NCBI GenBank assembly: GCA_965153455.1
Contig: OZ234493.1
Location: 24,914,213-24,978,212 of the forward strand
Length of the DNA: 64,000 nucleotides
Source of the DNA: Sphagnum compactum
Lineage: Eukaryota
Reading direction: 5' to 3'
In this document: piece after piece, positions 25,350-39,000 of the stretch
Numbering within the stretch: position 1 is the stretch's first letter
Layout of the letters: each line of letters begins with the position of its first letter
Notes under the pieces: model-generated
The model's input: only the letters and a program-made list of their open reading frames with translations
Databases searched by the model: none
What the model was told of the DNA's origin: nothing
Made by a program: the position numbers and the translations under genes

Positions 25350-27600
25350 TACAATTTGAGCAAAAACTTCAAAAAGCAAAAGTTTGCACATTTTTACATT
25401 AGATTTCATTGAACAAAAGTTTCCAAAAACAAAATTTTGCTCACTTTGACACTATGGAACACATGAATGAGAACTTCACTTTAGACTTCACACAAGAAAG
25501 TCAAGATTCAAGATTTTTGGCCCAAATGTTAGTGGCCACAAATGTCATCTTTTTGAAAGCATTAAATATCAAATTTTTAAAAACACAAATCCAACTAGCA
25601 AAAAAAAGTGGAAAAATGTTGTCACTCAACTCCTTGACCTTTATGAAAAGAAATGATAAGTGATGGGAAAATAAGACTTTGTAAAACATTATTGATTGGA
25701 AATTGTTAACAAGCTTGATGAAATTTACTTCATGATTTCAAAGCTTACATAAAAGCAATGTTAAAATAAAGTTAACAAGATACAAAAGATGAATAACAAA
25801 TATTAAGAAACACAAAATGAAATAAGCACATGTGCTTGCAAATGGGTTTAGTATGAAACGGTTTTTCTATATTAACCTTTGCATTTTTTCAATTTGCAAA
25901 ATTTTCCAACAAAAATCAGACAATGAAATGGAAATGTAATCACAAATGGCAAAGGAGGCAATAAAAATGCAAATATTCATTGCCAAAATGGTCATGGAAA
26001 TGGAAAAACGTTAAACTTAATATATTTTACAAATTTAGTTTCAAATGGCAACATTTTTTGTGGATGTGTTAAAATATAAATCAATAAAAATTAAGTCAAA
26101 TAATTATAAGATGTGTGCAAACAAAACATTTTGGCAATATTTTTAAATTTATAAAATTAATAAAACATACATTTTTTATTTCAATGTTCACATTTTATTT
26201 TCAAAATATATGTTTGTTATATTATAAGATGATGTTCTAATCACGATGCAAATAACACCTCTTAATAATTCACCATTTGCTTTTGTTTATTCTTCATCTT
26301 GAGAACAATTCACCCTATCAAAATCAACCATGAGTCATCTTGCTCCTTAGAAACTAATATCATGAACAATCAGTTCAAAGATGTCATGCAACTCACAAAA
26401 GTTGTGCAAAACACAATGGGCCATAATGATGTATAATGATTGATACACAAGCATTGGCAAGCCTTTCAAAATTCACCATTAATTTTTAAAAACATGAAAT
26501 GCATTCTCAATCATAAATCAACTTACATTTATTGAAACATCAAACTCAATTTTGTCCATTATAGTAGGGTTATGAATTTTACATCTTTAATGAAGTATGG
26601 CGTAATCAAATAGGTTGAATTAGTTGATATATGAATGGTCAAACCTCCAAATCTTGAATGTTGATCATTGTTTCTTATAAAATCTCGCAAGTTTGTAATT
26701 GCTTGTACAAAACAAAATACTTGAATTTTTCCACCATCATGAACAACATCAAATTGTCTTACACAAACACTATAAAAAATCTTATTTGCATCACAAATGC
26801 CTTACACAATTTAGTTGTAAAAACATTTGGGGTTGTGTATACTATAAATCTTTGGGGCAATTGTAATCCTTATGGATGCTTTAAATGATAATGAAACATA
26901 TGTACCATCAATGACCCCTGTAATTTGCTAAATACTAATCAAATTTTTAATTTTTTTGATGATGAATATTAAACATTATCATGTAGGAAGGTGAATATAG
27001 ATCTTATGAAATTTATCCTTATTTGCCAAAATGTCATAAATAACGTCAATGTCTTCTTGAACAATAGAAACACCAACATTGTAAAAATCAACCATCAACT
27101 TTGGTTAAATTCCATGAACTATTTTAAACAAAAAAAACTTCATAAACTTGTGGATGCGACAAAACTATCTCACAAAAGTTTAAATGGGTGTGTAGTGAAA
27201 GGTGTGATTTGTTGGACAAGACTTTCGAATCCAAAAATGATGTTTTATAAAACTGAATATATCATCTATCCAACATCTATAGATTGGTGAACCAAACATA
27301 TATTTTTTTAGCATTTAGATATGTTTTTTATTTAAGTTCCTTCCACCCCAAGCTATGAAAATGATGTTTTTTTTGTAATAGATAATAACAAAAATCATTG
27401 AAACAAGTTAGTTTCATAATTTATTAGACTTGATAAAAGCCCATGAGAAAGCAATTTTGTGAACATAAGCATATGCAAAAACATTTGAGAAATAAACCAA
27501 ATCCCAACAATTAAAGCAAAGTTTGTCATAATATGAAACAATATGTTTCAATACAATGTAAATCACAAAATGAAAAAAATAAATTGTTAAATACAATTTG
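25350..27600 (-). mobile_element. Decayed PIF/Harbinger transposon: DDE transposase on minus strand, with a probable convergent second ORF relic at ~25380-26020 on plus
   Basis: Minus-strand translation gives QITGVIDGTYV (~26895-26928; cf. GAIDGTHI), IENAFHVFKN*W*IL (~26468-26511; cf. IENAFGILKNRWRIL) and MAHCVLHNFCE (~26392-26425; cf. ACCxLHNF), in the correct order. Many stops. Confidence 0.8.
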
Positions 27601-27894
27601 ATAATATGAAAAAAAAGTGATCACACCCTTTAGGAAAACAAAATAAAATGAGAATTAACAATAGGGAAAAAAAATTAAAGAGAAGAAAAATGTTTAAAAA
27701 ATAATGGGCATTTCTTCCATGGAAAAAAAAACAAAAAAACTTTCAATTGGAAAATAAAGAAATAAAAAATGAAAAATAGGAAAAAGGAATAAAATACATT
27801 TTTGGAAAAAAAGATGGAAAGAACAACAAGAAAACTGAAAAAAACATACAAAATGAAAAAATAAATAAAAGAAAAATGGAAGAAAATAGGAAAA

Positions 27895-28290
27895 ACCAAT
27901 TAAAACAATAAAGGGGGGGATTTTTTAAAACATGGGTTATAAAATGTCGAATTACTAGGAAAAAAAATTGAAAAATTGAAAATATAAAAATATTAAAAAT
28001 AAATTCATGTCACTAGTGGCCCAACAATTATCCAATAAAAAGTGGGCATTTTAAAAACTGTAGATTATGAAATGCCAAATTATTTTTAAAAAATTGAAAT
28101 TAAAAAATTTGTAAATATCAAAAAATAAAGTCATGTTGCCATTGGCTTAGCTATTGTCTAATAAGAAGGGGGATTTTTAAAAAGGCGGGTTATAAAATAT
28201 TGAATTATTTAAATAAAAATCTAATTAAAAATCAAAATTTTAAATATTAAAAAATAAAATTTTAGTTGCTGGCCTAATTATTGTTTAATA
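27895..28290. repeat. Degenerate tandem repeat, ~3 x 125-130 bp
   Basis: Recurring unit AATAA.AAGGGGGATTTTTAAAA..GGGTTATAAAAT..GAATTA...AAATATTAAAAAATAAA..CATGT...TGGCC at ~27905, ~28033 and ~28160. Confidence 0.7.
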
Positions 28291-28607
28291 TGCATCAACC
28301 TACAACTCATGCTAACATGTTCAAAGTAGTAACTAGCCATGTTGCCGATTGTTTTGTGTGTGGTACACATTAGCACCACAACCACGCCAACATTTGAGTA
28401 ACATTGAATGTAAAAGATTATGGAACACACCTTTTGATCCAATGTTCATGTGCATAATATAAGAATATTAATGCTGACAATTAAACAATGACACGTTTAT
28501 AAAATGAAAGTAAACATTTTAAAAATTAACAATGATGATAAATGATGTTCATGTTGGGTTGAGGTGTAAATTAATGCTTTCCATAATTCCAATCACAATG
28601 ATTCATC

Positions 28608-28790
28608 AAAACTTAAACAAGTGAAGTAACTTTAGGTTTTGTAGGTTGTCTTTTTGACTAATAATTTAAAAGCTTAATTAGGTGGAGTAACTTTAGCTTT
28701 GGTAGGTTGTCTTTTTGGCTAACAATTTTAAAACTTAATTAGGTGGAATAATTTTAGCTTTGGTAGGTTGTCCTTTTGGTTAATAATTAC
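28608..28790. repeat. Tandem repeat, 3 x ~60 bp
   Basis: AAAACTTAATTAGGTGGAGTAACTTTAGCTTTGGTAGGTTGTCTTTTTGGCTAACAATTT-like unit three times head to tail. Confidence 0.9.
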
Positions 28791-31014
28791 AAATTAAGTT
28801 CTATTTAGTTAACTCCCAAATAAAAAAGAATGAAAATGTGTGATTCCAAATTTGGGTCTTTTTTCAAAAAAAAATTTCAACAACATAATCGTTAGTAAAT
28901 CTTCAATATTTTTTGCATCAATTTGCATGCCATTTTTTCAATCAAATTTGAATTTGATTTTTATTTTATTTTTGTTTTTCTATTTGTCTATGTCATGCAT
29001 ACATATTACTCCAAACTTAACTACCTAACAAATTTCCCCAGCCTGCCTATATATATGGACATAACAAGGCACATGTTATGTGCATATTCATGTTCATTAT
29101 ATATATATGATGTTTATTAATCTACATGGGTAAAAATGAGTAAAAAATGTTATCTTTTATAATAAAAAATGAGTTTTTTTCACAATTAATAATTTATTTA
29201 AACAACTTTCATAGGCCTAAATCTAATGCAACAATGCACACATGTGATGTTAAATTATAAAAAAAAATTGAAAAAAAATCTTTAATTCTTAATTCTTAAA
29301 CACACACAAAATTAAAGTTATTGAAATCAAATTTGACAACTTGCCACTTGCCCTACTAAACATAAATGCAAATCTAAAAATTATAATATTTCATATCATC
29401 AAACTTAACATAATGATCTAATTGGTCTTCAAACTCCTTTTCAATTTAATTTAAAAATTTTACTTCAATATTCCCAAAGGCATCAAGAGACACATTATTT
29501 TTCAATATTTGACACCTTGCAAAATCATCACACATACCAAGAACATCAATTTTAAAGTTTAAGTGAGATTTATTTTAGCAAAATTTCTTCAAATTTGAAA
29601 ACATGTTTGGTTTCAAGTATGGGCATTTAAAAAATATATCCAGGGTTATGAAGGGCATAAATTTTCCAAATTTATATACCTTTGGATATGCATTTGATTA
29701 AGGTATATTGAAAAAATAAAATAAGTTAAATAATATACTTTACACATACCTAATGGGTATATATGGATAAATAATATACCCACAACATTAGTAAAAACCA
29801 TAAGCATCTTAACAAGTTCAATTCAATTTAATATAATTCAATTTCATTCAATATTATCATTCAAATTAATGAATTTTGTGCTTTGGCCTAAATGGAATCA
29901 TTTTCAAGGCCCCAAATGTTAAGGTTCCAGATGTGAAAAGACAAATATAAAGTTTAATAATGAAAGGGCAAATAAGATGACTAATGAAAAATTCCCAATG
30001 TATTTGCCCATAAGATGAAGATGCAAATGCATTTTTTTATGTGACATAAAAAAACATTGATTGGATGAAATGGCTAAATGGGAGGATGACCAATGGTAGA
30101 CTCCTTGTGCATTTCCCATAACATGAATAAGGGTGCAATCATAATTCAACAAACCAAAAAAGATGTTGGACTACATACAAAACTACTCAAAATTTAAAAA
30201 TATTATAAAGTTTTGCCATTTAAATCCATGGCTATCATGGCAAGTTGTTGCTTGTTTAATCATGTGAATATCAAAAAATTCAAACAAAAATATTTGATAG
30301 AATTTTAAGTTTAGGTTTTGATTCAAAACATTCAAAAAATGAACACATGTTACATTAAAAAGAATCAATTTTGCAAAGGACTATCAAAAGAATTCATACA
30401 ATAAAAAAAAATTGATGGGAAAACATCAAAAGGATAAAAACTTATTTACCACATTGAAAAACATTCATACTTTAAAAAATGTGGAATTTAAAACCTTAAA
30501 AATCCAATTTACTTTTCAAAATTGATCTAGAATTTCGAAAGTTCAAGAGTCATTTACCACATATAATTTACATGATATGTTATAAAAACTGCAAATTATT
30601 ATCCACCAACATAGAAAAATTTAAAAATGGATTTTTGGTTATGATTTGAACTTTTATATCATTTTAAAAAATGTAACATAACATCTACAAGAAATTTGCA
30701 CACTTTCAAAAATTGACATTTATTCAAAAATGATAAACAAAAAACTTTGTCATGTATTGGGACAATGTTAAATATCTTTTGTAACAATTTGCTATGAATT
30801 TCACTCAAAAATTCATTGGAATGAAAAATTATTTTTTGGACAGAAAAACATGTAATCCTTATTTTAAATAAGGTTTTTGGTTCATTGTATTTTGTTTACA
30901 TCCATAGGCCAATGGATTCTTCGTGTCATATGAAGAGGCAAATGTGAATTCAGATATCACTATGATGAAGAAGCGTTTAGTAGTTCAAAAAACCAATTTT
31001 TAATTTTTTCATTC

Positions 31015-31560
31015 ATTTCCAAATCATTTAAAGTTAAAGGTATAGGTAAATTTAGATTAATCTTTAAATTTCATTTTCATAATCATTCTAAGTTTTTAGA
31101 ATTGTAATTTTTTAATTTATGATCAATCTTTTTCAACATCAAAGGTTATATCTAGCTTCACTTCAAAAGGAAAATTTTCTAACCGTATGTGAGAAATAAT
31201 GAAGTATAATGGTAAAGATGGTGAAGATTTATCAAATTTGATTTTATAAATTTAAATTTTATAATATTTTAAATACTTATGCAATGCACTTTAATAGTTA
31301 AAACATTTTCTAAATATTTAAACTTTGAGACAAAAGAATTCTAACCATATGTGAAAAAGAGGTAAGAAAAATGGTAAAGAGATGAAGGTTTCTCAATTTA
31401 TAATTATTTTTATTAATATAGAATTTACTATTACTTTAAAACACTTATGGAATGTGATTTGACATTTAAATTAATATTTAAATTTTATTTTTTTGATGAT
31501 TTAGCTTCACTTTGAAAGGCAACCTTTCAAAGGGTAAAGATAATGGTAAAGGAGGCGATC
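31015..31560 (+). repeat. Dispersed repeat copy with internal ~160-bp subrepeats; related to 35720-36090 in inverted orientation
   Basis: TCTAACC.TATGTGA.AAA...AATGGTAAAGA..TGAAG.TTT at ~31178 and ~31340, partial at ~31538. The reverse complement of 35898-36010 aligns by eye with 31125-31231. Confidence 0.65.
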
Positions 31561-31855
31561 TCATGGAATCTATATGATCATTGGATTTTGTTTTCATATC
31601 ATAAGATCCAAGAATCAAATGAAAATGTATTGATATTTCACTTTATCATGTTAGTCAATCATCATTGGTAGGGTGGAGTAGGGCAAAACCCATGTTGAAT
31701 TTTGTGAATTGCAATCCTTCGCAATATGACATTCCTTTTGAGCACCTCACACATAATTATGATCAATAGGCTAACCTATTAGACATGGTTTTCATGGGTT
31801 GTTGTGAATTTGGTTGTCATGGGATCAAATGTTCATTTGGAAGGTAGGACATCCT

Positions 31856-34533
31856 TTAAGATTGGCCACCAGTGCCGACGCCATTGGAGCTACCAATGAT
31901 ACTTGTTGCCCCTTGTTGTAAAAGTGCGCCTGCTTCCGAATACAAAGCAGATAATGAGTATTTGTTCACGCTAGTAATGGTCATCCATGAGGAAAAACTC
32001 ACACTATTCTTGTCCGTGCCTGAGAATGCCACATTGATCTGCAAAACCCAGCACATGTAAAATTTCAATGAAGCAAAAATTGAATTGATTTCCTACAAAA
32101 CTAGGTCATCTAGTTTTTTCATTTCTTTTCTACATCAAACATGTAGCCACCCGTTGCTGTGCAAACAGAGTAAGACTACTTTAAGCCATTAAACTAATGC
32201 ATGGAAACTTTACTAATAAATTGAGGATATCACAATGAAAAGATGACAAATCGATAGATGATTCATCACCATGTGACAATTGGGCACTCAATTTAAGGGA
32301 AAAACAGTGACAAGTTATAACTTGCAACTGAAAAAAACATGATATGGGAAAAACAGTTTGACATGGAGCACATAAAAGAGGTTGGCAATTGACTAATTAA
32401 AGGTGTTCATAAAAGAGCTGATGGCAATGAAGCAGCAATGATCAGCAAGGCTTCCAAGACTGAAGTTGGGGAAAAGAGTAAGGAGGGGAGAGATGTGTAC
32501 CCGTGTTAAGCACAAAGTGGGGTCAGCATTGGCAGCATTACAAGTTGTGACGGCAGTGCCACAATTGTTGTCCATGCATAGCGCACTAGTGTTTCCACAA
32601 ATTGCACAAGATTCATCTTTCCTGAAAGAAAAATTGAAGTATATATAAATGTTATGATGTTCGCATGATCTAACCAAGAATACAAACAATTTTTAGTACC
32701 AGCAAAAACAATCTATAGGAAATGCAAGGAAAGGAAAATTTGTGTACCAAGATAGAGTAGTGAGCATGCCATCTACAAAGTCCATAACAAGAAGCAAACC
32801 TGCAACCTTTGCCTGTCCACATCACAAATCCATGGTTATGCCATTTTGCATCTCATACATCTGGCCAATTTAGGTGAACCCAACAATAGACCTTATATCC
32901 ACAAACCCTTGCATGACAGATGCAAGTGAGGGAAGAACATCTATATGTGTGTGTAGATTATATTCACAAAACTTGTCATAACATTGTGGCCATGAACTAT
33001 ACCTGGTTCACATGCAGCAAGAGGCAAGAACTCAAGACTGTATTCATAGATTAACATAAAGAAAAGACAATTGAAAAATGAAAGACACTAACAACAGGGG
33101 TGGAGATAGTCCTAGGAACAGACACAACAGTTCCATTATCATATGTAGCATTGTAGCCAGCATATACTATTAGACTGGCTGCTTCACTAAACTGCAACCA
33201 ACACCCAATTAATCAATCAGAACCTATGAATGCTGACAAAAACATTTGCAACAACAAAGTTGTTTCCCAATTGCAAGAATAATCTAGCTTCTAACAATGA
33301 AATGATCAAATATTAGTCTTTAGGGTTCCTTTCAAGCTCCTGCATTCCTTTTGGCCACAACAGCTACAAAACCACTAATGGATGTGCAAATCCTTTGACT
33401 ACCAACACAAGTAACATGCAATGTTATCTATATACAAGATTGGGGATTCAAAGCTGCCAACATCCTATCACTAGAGTGCATATGCCATATACTACTGAAT
33501 GATTTCATGGTGAATGAAGTCTATTGGAAATGTATTTTACAATTATGGTTAAATGGTGCAGGACAAGGTAGAAAACATGGGGCTTACAGTAGAGGTAACA
33601 GCAAGTAGACTATCATTCTGAATTTGAAACAAACTCAGTTGATCTACCACTGGTCGGAACACAGCCACCTGTGCCCCTACAGGTACTTGCTGCAACCACA
33701 TGATCTAAGTTCCTTTTTCCATCAAGTTCTCGACATAAAACAATTGATTCAATGTTGCTCTAATCCTTCTCCTTTGAAACACACATAATGCACTAATATG
33801 TTCAAGCGAAGGTCCCTATAGTTTATACATTTTTTGGCAGAACAAAATGTTTGGAGAAGGGTTGGAAAGGATGAGTTACTGTAACACTCACTGTTGCAGT
33901 AGAAGGGCTGCATGGAGAGAGCAAGTTTGACAAAGGGTCGGAGTTGTTGTACCACAAAACACTACTTCCTCCAATGGCTACTGCCACAGTGATGGCATCA
34001 CCAGATTTAATGGGCTGCAGTTGAGCACAAGGGTTGACCACTTGGTTGGTGTCCACTGTTGTGGTAGCAGCAGCAGTATCAGCTATGATGAGTATCTGCA
34101 ATCCACCCACATTGGGTTCTCCAAGAAACCAAAACCTAAATTGTTGTTGTTGGACAATGAAATGCAAATTGAAAGTTCTCTTTTCCAGGCCCCTTGTTGC
34201 CATGTAATGCCATCATGTTCATTGCATGTTCCATTTGATCATAAAAACATTTCAAGAGATGATGATGTGCTGAGAAGGAAAAAAGATTTGGACCCAAGGA
34301 AGGAAACAGAGACTTTTACATGGAGCAGCAAAGCCACCATGAACAAGATAAGCCAATAATGCCATTGCATTCCCCTGTAGTGTACGATGGGCATATTTGC
34401 AAATCTCCCACACATGAGTTATTTCCTGCAATTGCACCACCATGTTGATAAATGCTTGGACGACGAGAGTGATGATAAACACAACAACAACAGCAACAAG
34501 AGGAGGAGGAGGAGGAGTCTGTCTATGCATCAT
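31856..34533 (-). CDS. Secreted Cys-rich plant protein of unknown function (family resembling Arabidopsis At3g44150/At3g11800); 7 exons
   Basis: Hydrophobic N-terminus (LVAVVVVFIITLVVQAF). Exons ~34533-34320, 34082-33892, 33691-33588, 33191-33093, 32812-32748, 32622-32502, 32038-31856. Family-like motifs DTNQVVNPC, LSPC, AQVAVFRPVVDQLSL, LVMDFVDGMLTTLSWKDESCAIC, INVAFSGTDK, SWM, YSLSALYS. GT-AG junctions keep the frame. The family assignment is from recalled motifs, not a search. Confidence 0.8.
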
Positions 34534-35719
34534 TATTTTCACCCTAATTTTTAATTTTTTCTTCGGGAATCATCCAATTTCTCATGATTTTTTTGTTTCT
34601 TCACATAAAATGAGAAAGATCAACAAACATTTGTTATCACGATTTCTCCAGTGATGCCATCGGACACACCACAAATTTACAACTGCCGCAACATTGGGCC
34701 TACATTATCACAAATTTTGTTTTGTTTCGGTAAATTTTCTATTACATGTTGTAATGCATTTGAATGTATAGTCACATCATAGCTCTAGCTTAGGTCAAAC
34801 ATTGATCAAATGCAAGCTCTGGGAACTTTATGTCAACCTAATGTAAAGCTTACAACAATTCATGTGTTTATCAACACATGAATCATCAAAAAGTGTCACC
34901 AAATCATCTCTCTTCTTTATATGGGAGAACACAAGTTTATTCTAAGTTCTTTACAAATCATTGACATTTGTTGTTGACGGTTTCTATCTCAAACTTGGGG
35001 ATAGTTTGAGATAGAAGCATTAAGGAACTATTTTGGGTGCGTGTGTATAAACAAAGGTAGATTGAATGGATAAAAGTTTCGATATGAATACGTGAAGTTT
35101 ACTCCAAAAAACGTAGTTTTTAAATTGTTCTATATGGCGCATTTATCAAGTTGTTGTTGTTCTTGATGTCATCACATTCTATTCCATATGCATTGCTCAT
35201 AATTGAATTCTTGTCAATTGCTTAACTAAGAATTCTATTTTTTTCAATTTCAAAATTTTCTTTCTAATAGATGCTTTTAGTTTCACAACTTTTTTGGAAT
35301 TTGTTCCCAGAGTTTTTTATGTTTTTTTCATTGTGGTCCATGTGCATTTGCACATATTCCCATTGTCGCGTATAATGTTTTTTTCTTCACAAATAATGCT
35401 AGTTAGTTTTGGGGAAAGAAAAATCATTTTCAATTTATTTATTATTTCTTTTGGTACATTAAGGAAATATATATTGAACAATCAACTAATATTATTCACC
35501 CATAAAAAGACGAAAATACATCAAGTTGCTTCATGAGTTTTGTTTTCTCAATATTTTGGGGGAAAATAGCATTGGGTTGTCGATCAATGTTATTTTTTCC
35601 TTTAATATTTCGAGGAAATACCATCACCTATCAAAAGAAAAGAGGCATCAATAATTGCTTAATACTATTTTTCAAGAAAATCATTATTTTTACCTTCACA
35701 ACTATGTTTTAAGTACCCT

Positions 35720-36090
35720 TTCAAAACTTCCACCTCCCTTACCATTATCTATACTTGCTTCTCAGATACACTTTGAAAATCTCCATTCCATTCCAAAGAG
35801 GTTTCAAAGTGAAGCCAAATGGTCATTAAATTCAAATTTAAAGATTAATTCAATTAATAGAATATATTTTATAATTTTAAATATACATTATAAAATTGAT
35901 AAACCTCAACCGTCTTTACCAATATTCTTACCTTTTTATCAAATATGTTTCAAAAGCTAACCTCTCAAAGTGAAATTAAATATGACCTTTCACATTAAAA
36001 AAAATGATTAGTTAAAAAGTCAAAATGATCATAAAAGCAAAATTTTAAAATTAATCTTAAAAGGGCCTTGAGTCCTTTGAATGATTTTGG
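35720..36090 (-). repeat. Inverted copy of the 31015-31560 repeat family
   Basis: The reverse complement reads CCAAAATCATTCAAAGG...AAAGGTCATATTTAATTTCACTTTGAGAGG...TGGTAAAGACGGTTGAGGTTTAT, matching 31019-31231. Confidence 0.6.
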
Positions 36091-39000
36091 ATGTTACTTT
36101 CAAATTTGATTACACATTGATTTACCATTTTCATTTATTTGTGCATTAAAAGTGAAAATGCTTTCACATTTGTAGAAATATTTCATTTAAATTTTTTTTA
36201 ATTTTTTAAAATTATGTCATTGGAGATGTTTGTGAATCATAATTCATTAGTTTGTTTTTTTTCCCATTGATGGAATTGTAATATTTGAAGAAAAAGAAAT
36301 GGATTTATAATTAAGTTAAAGAATAAATAAATGGAATTACTACCAAAAGGGAAACTGAAAATATTTTATACATCTAATGAAAGGAAAAAAAGAAAATAAT
36401 GATTTTAAAGAAATAATAGTGAAAGGTTTAGGTTTTCAATATTTTGTCCTATATTTTGGATTGAAGCATTGTATTATTATTTTTAAAAGGCTAGATGGTA
36501 ATTAAAGGTTTAAATGTCGATGTGAAACATGATGTGAATGGTTAAAACCCATGGGATGGCAAGGGTAATGATATTTTGGTTAATCATTATTTAACCAATA
36601 TTTAGTCATAAGGTTTTGTATTAAAATCAAGTTGAAATTCAAAAATTCAAAGTTAGTTTAAGTCAGAAAAAATATTAGTAAATGGTTTAAGGTTTAGGTG
36701 CTCTATCCCAAACTTAGGATTAAAACATTATGGATATGTTGTATTCCACTTTTGATTACAATATTTGTCATGCTTAACCTAACCTAAGTTATCATTTTGC
36801 ATTATCGTTTTATGCTACGTTTGCAAGTGTGTGCATTCCAAATGCATTTGCTTTGTTACCTCACTTGTTTATTGTATTTCCTTTTCATTAAAATGCATAT
36901 TGTGGAACCTTTACTTTCATTTTGCATTATTATTATTATTACATTTACAAGTGTGTGTTCTTGCGTTGCCATATTTTGGTTGCATTTCTTTGTGTACATT
37001 TGCTTGCTACCTCTTTTTTTTTTTTCACTGAATATCTATTACTACATGAAACTTGAAGGTTGAATGATAGTTGGACTAAATGATTTAGACTATGGACTTA
37101 AAGATGTCATTTTCAGTAGTTGACACTCTATTGTGCAATTGAAAAAACAAGCTCAAACACTTTCATCAACTCAAAAAAAACATGTTCCACATTGACTATG
37201 ATAAGTTACTTGTTTTATTCTTCAATGTTTACATTGTTTCCTACTATAATGAAGAAAGATAAACGTGGTACTTGGAGTGGAACATTTAACCTATGGATAT
37301 AAAGAACAACCCAATTATAAAAATATAGTTTGCATGGTGAAAATTTGACTATTGTTCCTTTGGCAATCATTCTTAGTGATGATGTGCAAGATGTGAAACG
37401 TAAACTTGACTTTAATGACCTAAAATCAATCTCCAAACAAAAAACCTCTTGAATGCTTAATGTTGTTATTGATATATTTTTGTATAATCTTTCTATCATT
37501 TATTTATTATGAGTAGTTTATATAAGTGAAAACTATTTATATCACAATTTCATTTTCATAATTATTTTTGGAGTAAAGGAAAAAAATTACATAAATTTCC
37601 ATTCTACTTGAAGAAATGTTATATGTAAAACAATTGTTTAATGTAAGGAATTTTTTTAATACAAGTAATTTTGTAGTTTGAACATTTTTTCAATGCAATC
37701 AACTTTTTGAATTCAAGTAGTTTTTCAATATGTGTGTGGTTGCATGTGTGGGGTGCAAGAAAACATAAAATTCAAATGACTATGTGTGAGACATTAATTC
37801 TGTGTGTGTATGTATAAGTGATAATGATTGTATGTGTTTCTATATGATTGTGTGGGTTTGTGCATGTATAAGTATGTTATGTGTCACATGTGCTTATTTG
37901 TGAGAAAGAAAGGATGATTCTTTTGTGTAATTTTGTATAAAATTTGTTGTGGAATGTAATAGAGATGATTGCACAAGCACCATGCACAAAGGTGTGTGAA
38001 TGAATTTTCTTACTTTTTAAAGGTGTAAAATGCATGTGTTAGTCAGTTTGAAGGAGATTAAAACTTCTTGAGATTTTGTGTGAAACCCAATGCTTCAAGG
38101 GGTTTGTTTTTCAAATTCTTCAAAGTAGGTGCATTAGTACTAAAGATCCACAACATTATGTAATTAACATTAAATGGTGATTGTCTTAAGTGGGTTACAA
38201 TAATTTTACAAACATTCTACAAGTGGTGACTCAAAAAGCAACTAGGTCTGGATGTTTTTTTTAATTTCAAAAAATGGAAAACAAATATTCTAAAATGACA
38301 ACATTTTCATGGGTTTTTTCATTTTATCAAAAAGTCCAACAAGTTGCAAAATTTCAATAAAAAAAACATTGATCTATTATGTAATTAGTGTGAAATTAGA
38401 AGTCATGGGCTTCAATGTTTTGGAAAAAGCATTTAAATAATGTGGTAGGGAAAGAAATTTTTTATTTTGGTGTTGGACATTTATAACAAACATCTTGAAT
38501 AAATTTGTTATTTTTAAATTTTTCTAGAGGGAGTCATAGGACCTTTGAGTTTTAAAACATTAGTAGTCAAAGCTAAGATTTTGAGGTGTTGTGAAATTTT
38601 TGCAACAAAGTTTTATCCTAAAATGTTGTTTCATCCAAAATCTTACAACAAAATGTGATGTAATTTTTATTATCATTAAAATCTCAAGTTAAATACATGT
38701 AAACACGTAAGAATAAATATATTAGGCTTGATGGTTTTTTTGGTAGTGGGGGGTTCAAAAAAAATATTGAGCATCAATCCAATGTTTTTTTTCCCACATT
38801 TGAGAAAAATGATTGTCAAGTGGCTACTTTTTTAATTTATTTTTATATTAAAATTATTATTTTTCTTATTTCAAGCAATCAAGAGAAAACATCCAATGGT
38901 TGTTTGATGATTATTTATTTGATTTTTGTTTTATTTGTTTACTGTTTTCAAACATTATTAAAAATAACACCAAGTTTCACCTCCCACATCAGGAAGAAGA

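Noticed and set aside
34320-34450. Alternative Cys-rich frame (QHGGAIAGNNSCVGDLQIC...) suggesting a frameshift in exon 1 of the secreted protein gene
   Set aside because: That frame splices into an immediate stop, whereas the MMHRQ...GGFAAP frame joins exon 2 in phase.
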